Shown one piece after another: positions 62,715 to 64,000 of a stretch of 64,000 nucleotides of DNA. The position numbers were made by a program, and so were the translations under genes. The stretch spans positions 4,960,001 through 5,024,000 of the forward strand of contig OZ245002.1 in NCBI GenBank assembly GCA_965223415.1. Direction: 5' to 3'. Source of the stretch: Myxococcota bacterium. Its GTDB lineage: Bacteria; Myxococcota_A; UBA9160; UBA6930. The notes beneath the pieces are model-generated. The model ran no database searches and had not been told where the DNA came from. It saw only the letters and a list, made by a program, of their open reading frames with translations. Position 1 is the first letter of the stretch. The number at the start of each line of letters is the position of its first letter.

Positions 62715-62744
62715 AGCCTACCCGAGAGCGCCGGCGAGCGTCAA
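62715..62744 (-). promoter_or_regulatory. miaB promoter, probably leaderless
   Basis: TTGACG, 18-nt spacer, TAGGCT, then 6 nt to GTG; no SD. Confidence 0.55.
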
Positions 62745-62853
62745 AGTGTCCGGATTTCCTGGAAAAACCTGAACTTCACGCTCAAGGAACAGGGGCAACC
62801 TACGGAAGTTGCTGGCCTTTGCGGATCACCAACCGTGTTCTGCGAAATGATGT

Positions 62854-62883
62854 TTGACAACGCGGGCCGGCCTGGCACATACT
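62854..62883 (+). promoter_or_regulatory. Sigma70 promoter with no credible downstream CDS
   Basis: TTGACA (62854-62859), 18-nt spacer, CATACT (62878-62883). Confidence 0.65.
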
Positions 62884-62888
62884 CGGCT

Positions 62889-63034
62889 TCACCGACTCCA
62901 ACAGGTTCATGGAGCGGCGGTGGATAAGGCATTTCTCACCGAAATGTCCAACCTCTCACCCCCCATCATCTATCCACCGCCTCTCCGCCCTGAACGAAGC
63001 CCCGCCCGGCGCGAGCCTGGCGGGGCTTCTCGTT
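62889..63034 (+). ncRNA. Candidate structured small RNA
   Basis: Promoter, long stem 62911-62926/62971-62986, inner hairpin, C-rich loops and a terminal hairpin. Confidence 0.6.
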
Positions 63035-64000
63035 GGAGGCGAAGAGCACGGGGCCGACCGCATCCGCGAGCATCCGTCCCACCTCGCGCTCGCCCTCCGG
63101 CGTGAAGTGGCAGTCGTCCATCAGCCAGCGTTCTCGGTCGAGGCGGTAGAGGTCCACCAGCGGAGCGGCCAGCTCGGCGGCGACTTCGCGCGTCGCCGCG
63201 TTGTTGGCTCGCGCCCGGGCCTCGAGGCTCGGGAGCAGCTCGGGCCGATGGGTGAGCACGCTCGACGCGTAGCCCTCGGTCCGGAACGGGACGGTAGCGA
63301 GGACCGGGACCGCTCCGAGGGCCCGTCCACCGGCGACGAAGCGGCGCAGGTTCGCCTCGAAGGTGGCGCCGATCCCCGGCCGTTCCAGGTTCGCGGCGAG
63401 CTCGTCGACGGTCGGCCGGTTGTCGTAGCGGATCGAGCCGTAGAGGGGGTGCTCGGCACCGGCCGAGAACCCGAGGCGCCCGCGGCCGCTGGCCAGTACG
63501 AGCATCGCCAGATGGGAGACCCGGAACAGCCGCTTGAAGGGCCGATTGCTCGCCCGTAGGTCGTAGTCGAATCGGCGGTAGTGGCTGTAATCGTCCCGGT
63601 AGTCGTTCCAGAGCTGGGGGAAGATCTCGTTGCGGCCGTCGGTCATCACCACCACGTCGGGCTCGAGCCCGGCGACGTGGGCGTTCAGGTGGAGCAGGGT
63701 CTCGCGGGAGGTCCAGCCGGGCACGCCGGCGTTCACGACCTCGACCGGGCGCCCCGGGTAGCGGCGGGCCAGCTCCTCGCCGAGGCGCACGGCGCCGGTC
63801 TCGTCGTCCTCCACCCCGATCCCGTAGACCGTCGAGGCGCCCATCAGCACGACGCGGCGCACGCCCGCGGGCTTGGGGACGCGAAACGGCGGGCTCCGGA
63901 AGCCCCTCTCGTCATGGCGAAAGCCCGGGGCCTCGAAGTCCGGCGTGAGGCGGTAGCCCAGCGCCTCGTCCCACGTGAAGCGTCCCCGGGTCTCGGTCTC
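62966..64000 (-). CDS. SGNH/GDSL hydrolase family protein, 5' end outside the window
   Basis: RVVLMGASTVYG, VVNAGVPG, DGRNE and DDCHFTPEG. Confidence 0.8.
   Translation of the reverse strand, partial: ETETRGRFTWDEALGYRLTPDFEAPGFRHDERGFRSPPFRVPKPAGVRRVVLMGASTVYGIGVEDDETGAVRLGEELARRYPGRPVEVVNAGVPGWTSRETLLHLNAHVAGLEPDVVVMTDGRNEIFPQLWNDYRDDYSHYRRFDYDLRASNRPFKRLFRVSHLAMLVLASGRGRLGFSAGAEHPLYGSIRYDNRPTVDELAANLERPGIGATFEANLRRFVAGGRALGAVPVLATVPFRTEGYASSVLTHRPELLPSLEARARANNAATREVAAELAAPLVDLYRLDRERWLMDDCHFTPEGEREVGRMLADAVGPVLFASNEKPRQARAGRGFVQGGEAVDR
62996..63034 (+). terminator. Intrinsic terminator-like hairpin, possibly bidirectional
   Basis: GAAGCCCCGCC-C-GGC[GCGA]GCC-T-GGCGGGGCTTC-TCGTT; weak U-tract. 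Confidence 0.65.

Noticed and set aside
62909..63559. Plus-strand 216-aa ORF behind the TTGACA promoter
   Set aside because: Mostly antisense to the SGNH hydrolase, interrupted by the terminator-like hairpin, and lacking motifs; an sRNA fits better.

Overview
Very GC-rich bacterial DNA (about 70% by eye); gene content and order suggest a Myxococcota/deltaproteobacterial lineage (inference). The right third (40.2-64 kb) is a minus-strand core locus: an SGNH hydrolase, miaB, a three-gene signalling module, guaB-guaA-dnaE, tRNA-Val(GAC), thrS-infC-rpmI-rplT-pheS-pheT-ihfA-merR, an ExeA-like ATPase and tRNA-Pro(GGG). The left 40 kb, between tRNA-Pro and a partial pcm gene, is accessory. It holds catabolic genes (PQQ dehydrogenase, hydantoinase/oxoprolinase B+A, Rieske oxygenase, SDRs, acyl-CoA dehydrogenase, GSTs, LLM oxidoreductase), envelope genes (three PEP-CTERM proteins, an Lnt paralogue, GtrA, a GT-C-like protein, a TPR lipoprotein, a sulfatase), two IS elements and several broken genes. 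Best leads: (1) an unannotated structured sRNA candidate divergent from miaB; (2) a minimal signal-peptide + PEP-CTERM peptide gene upstream of an Lnt paralogue; (3) a His/Cys-rich leader ORF whose 3' end can sequester the SD of a putative metal-related outer-membrane protein; (4) a degenerate-GGDEF / pseudo-GTPase / cNMP module upstream of guaBA, with a 20-bp duplication forming a 14-codon coupling relay; (5) an RBS-sequestering guaB leader. All calls come from reading the sequence; no searches or folding programs were run.
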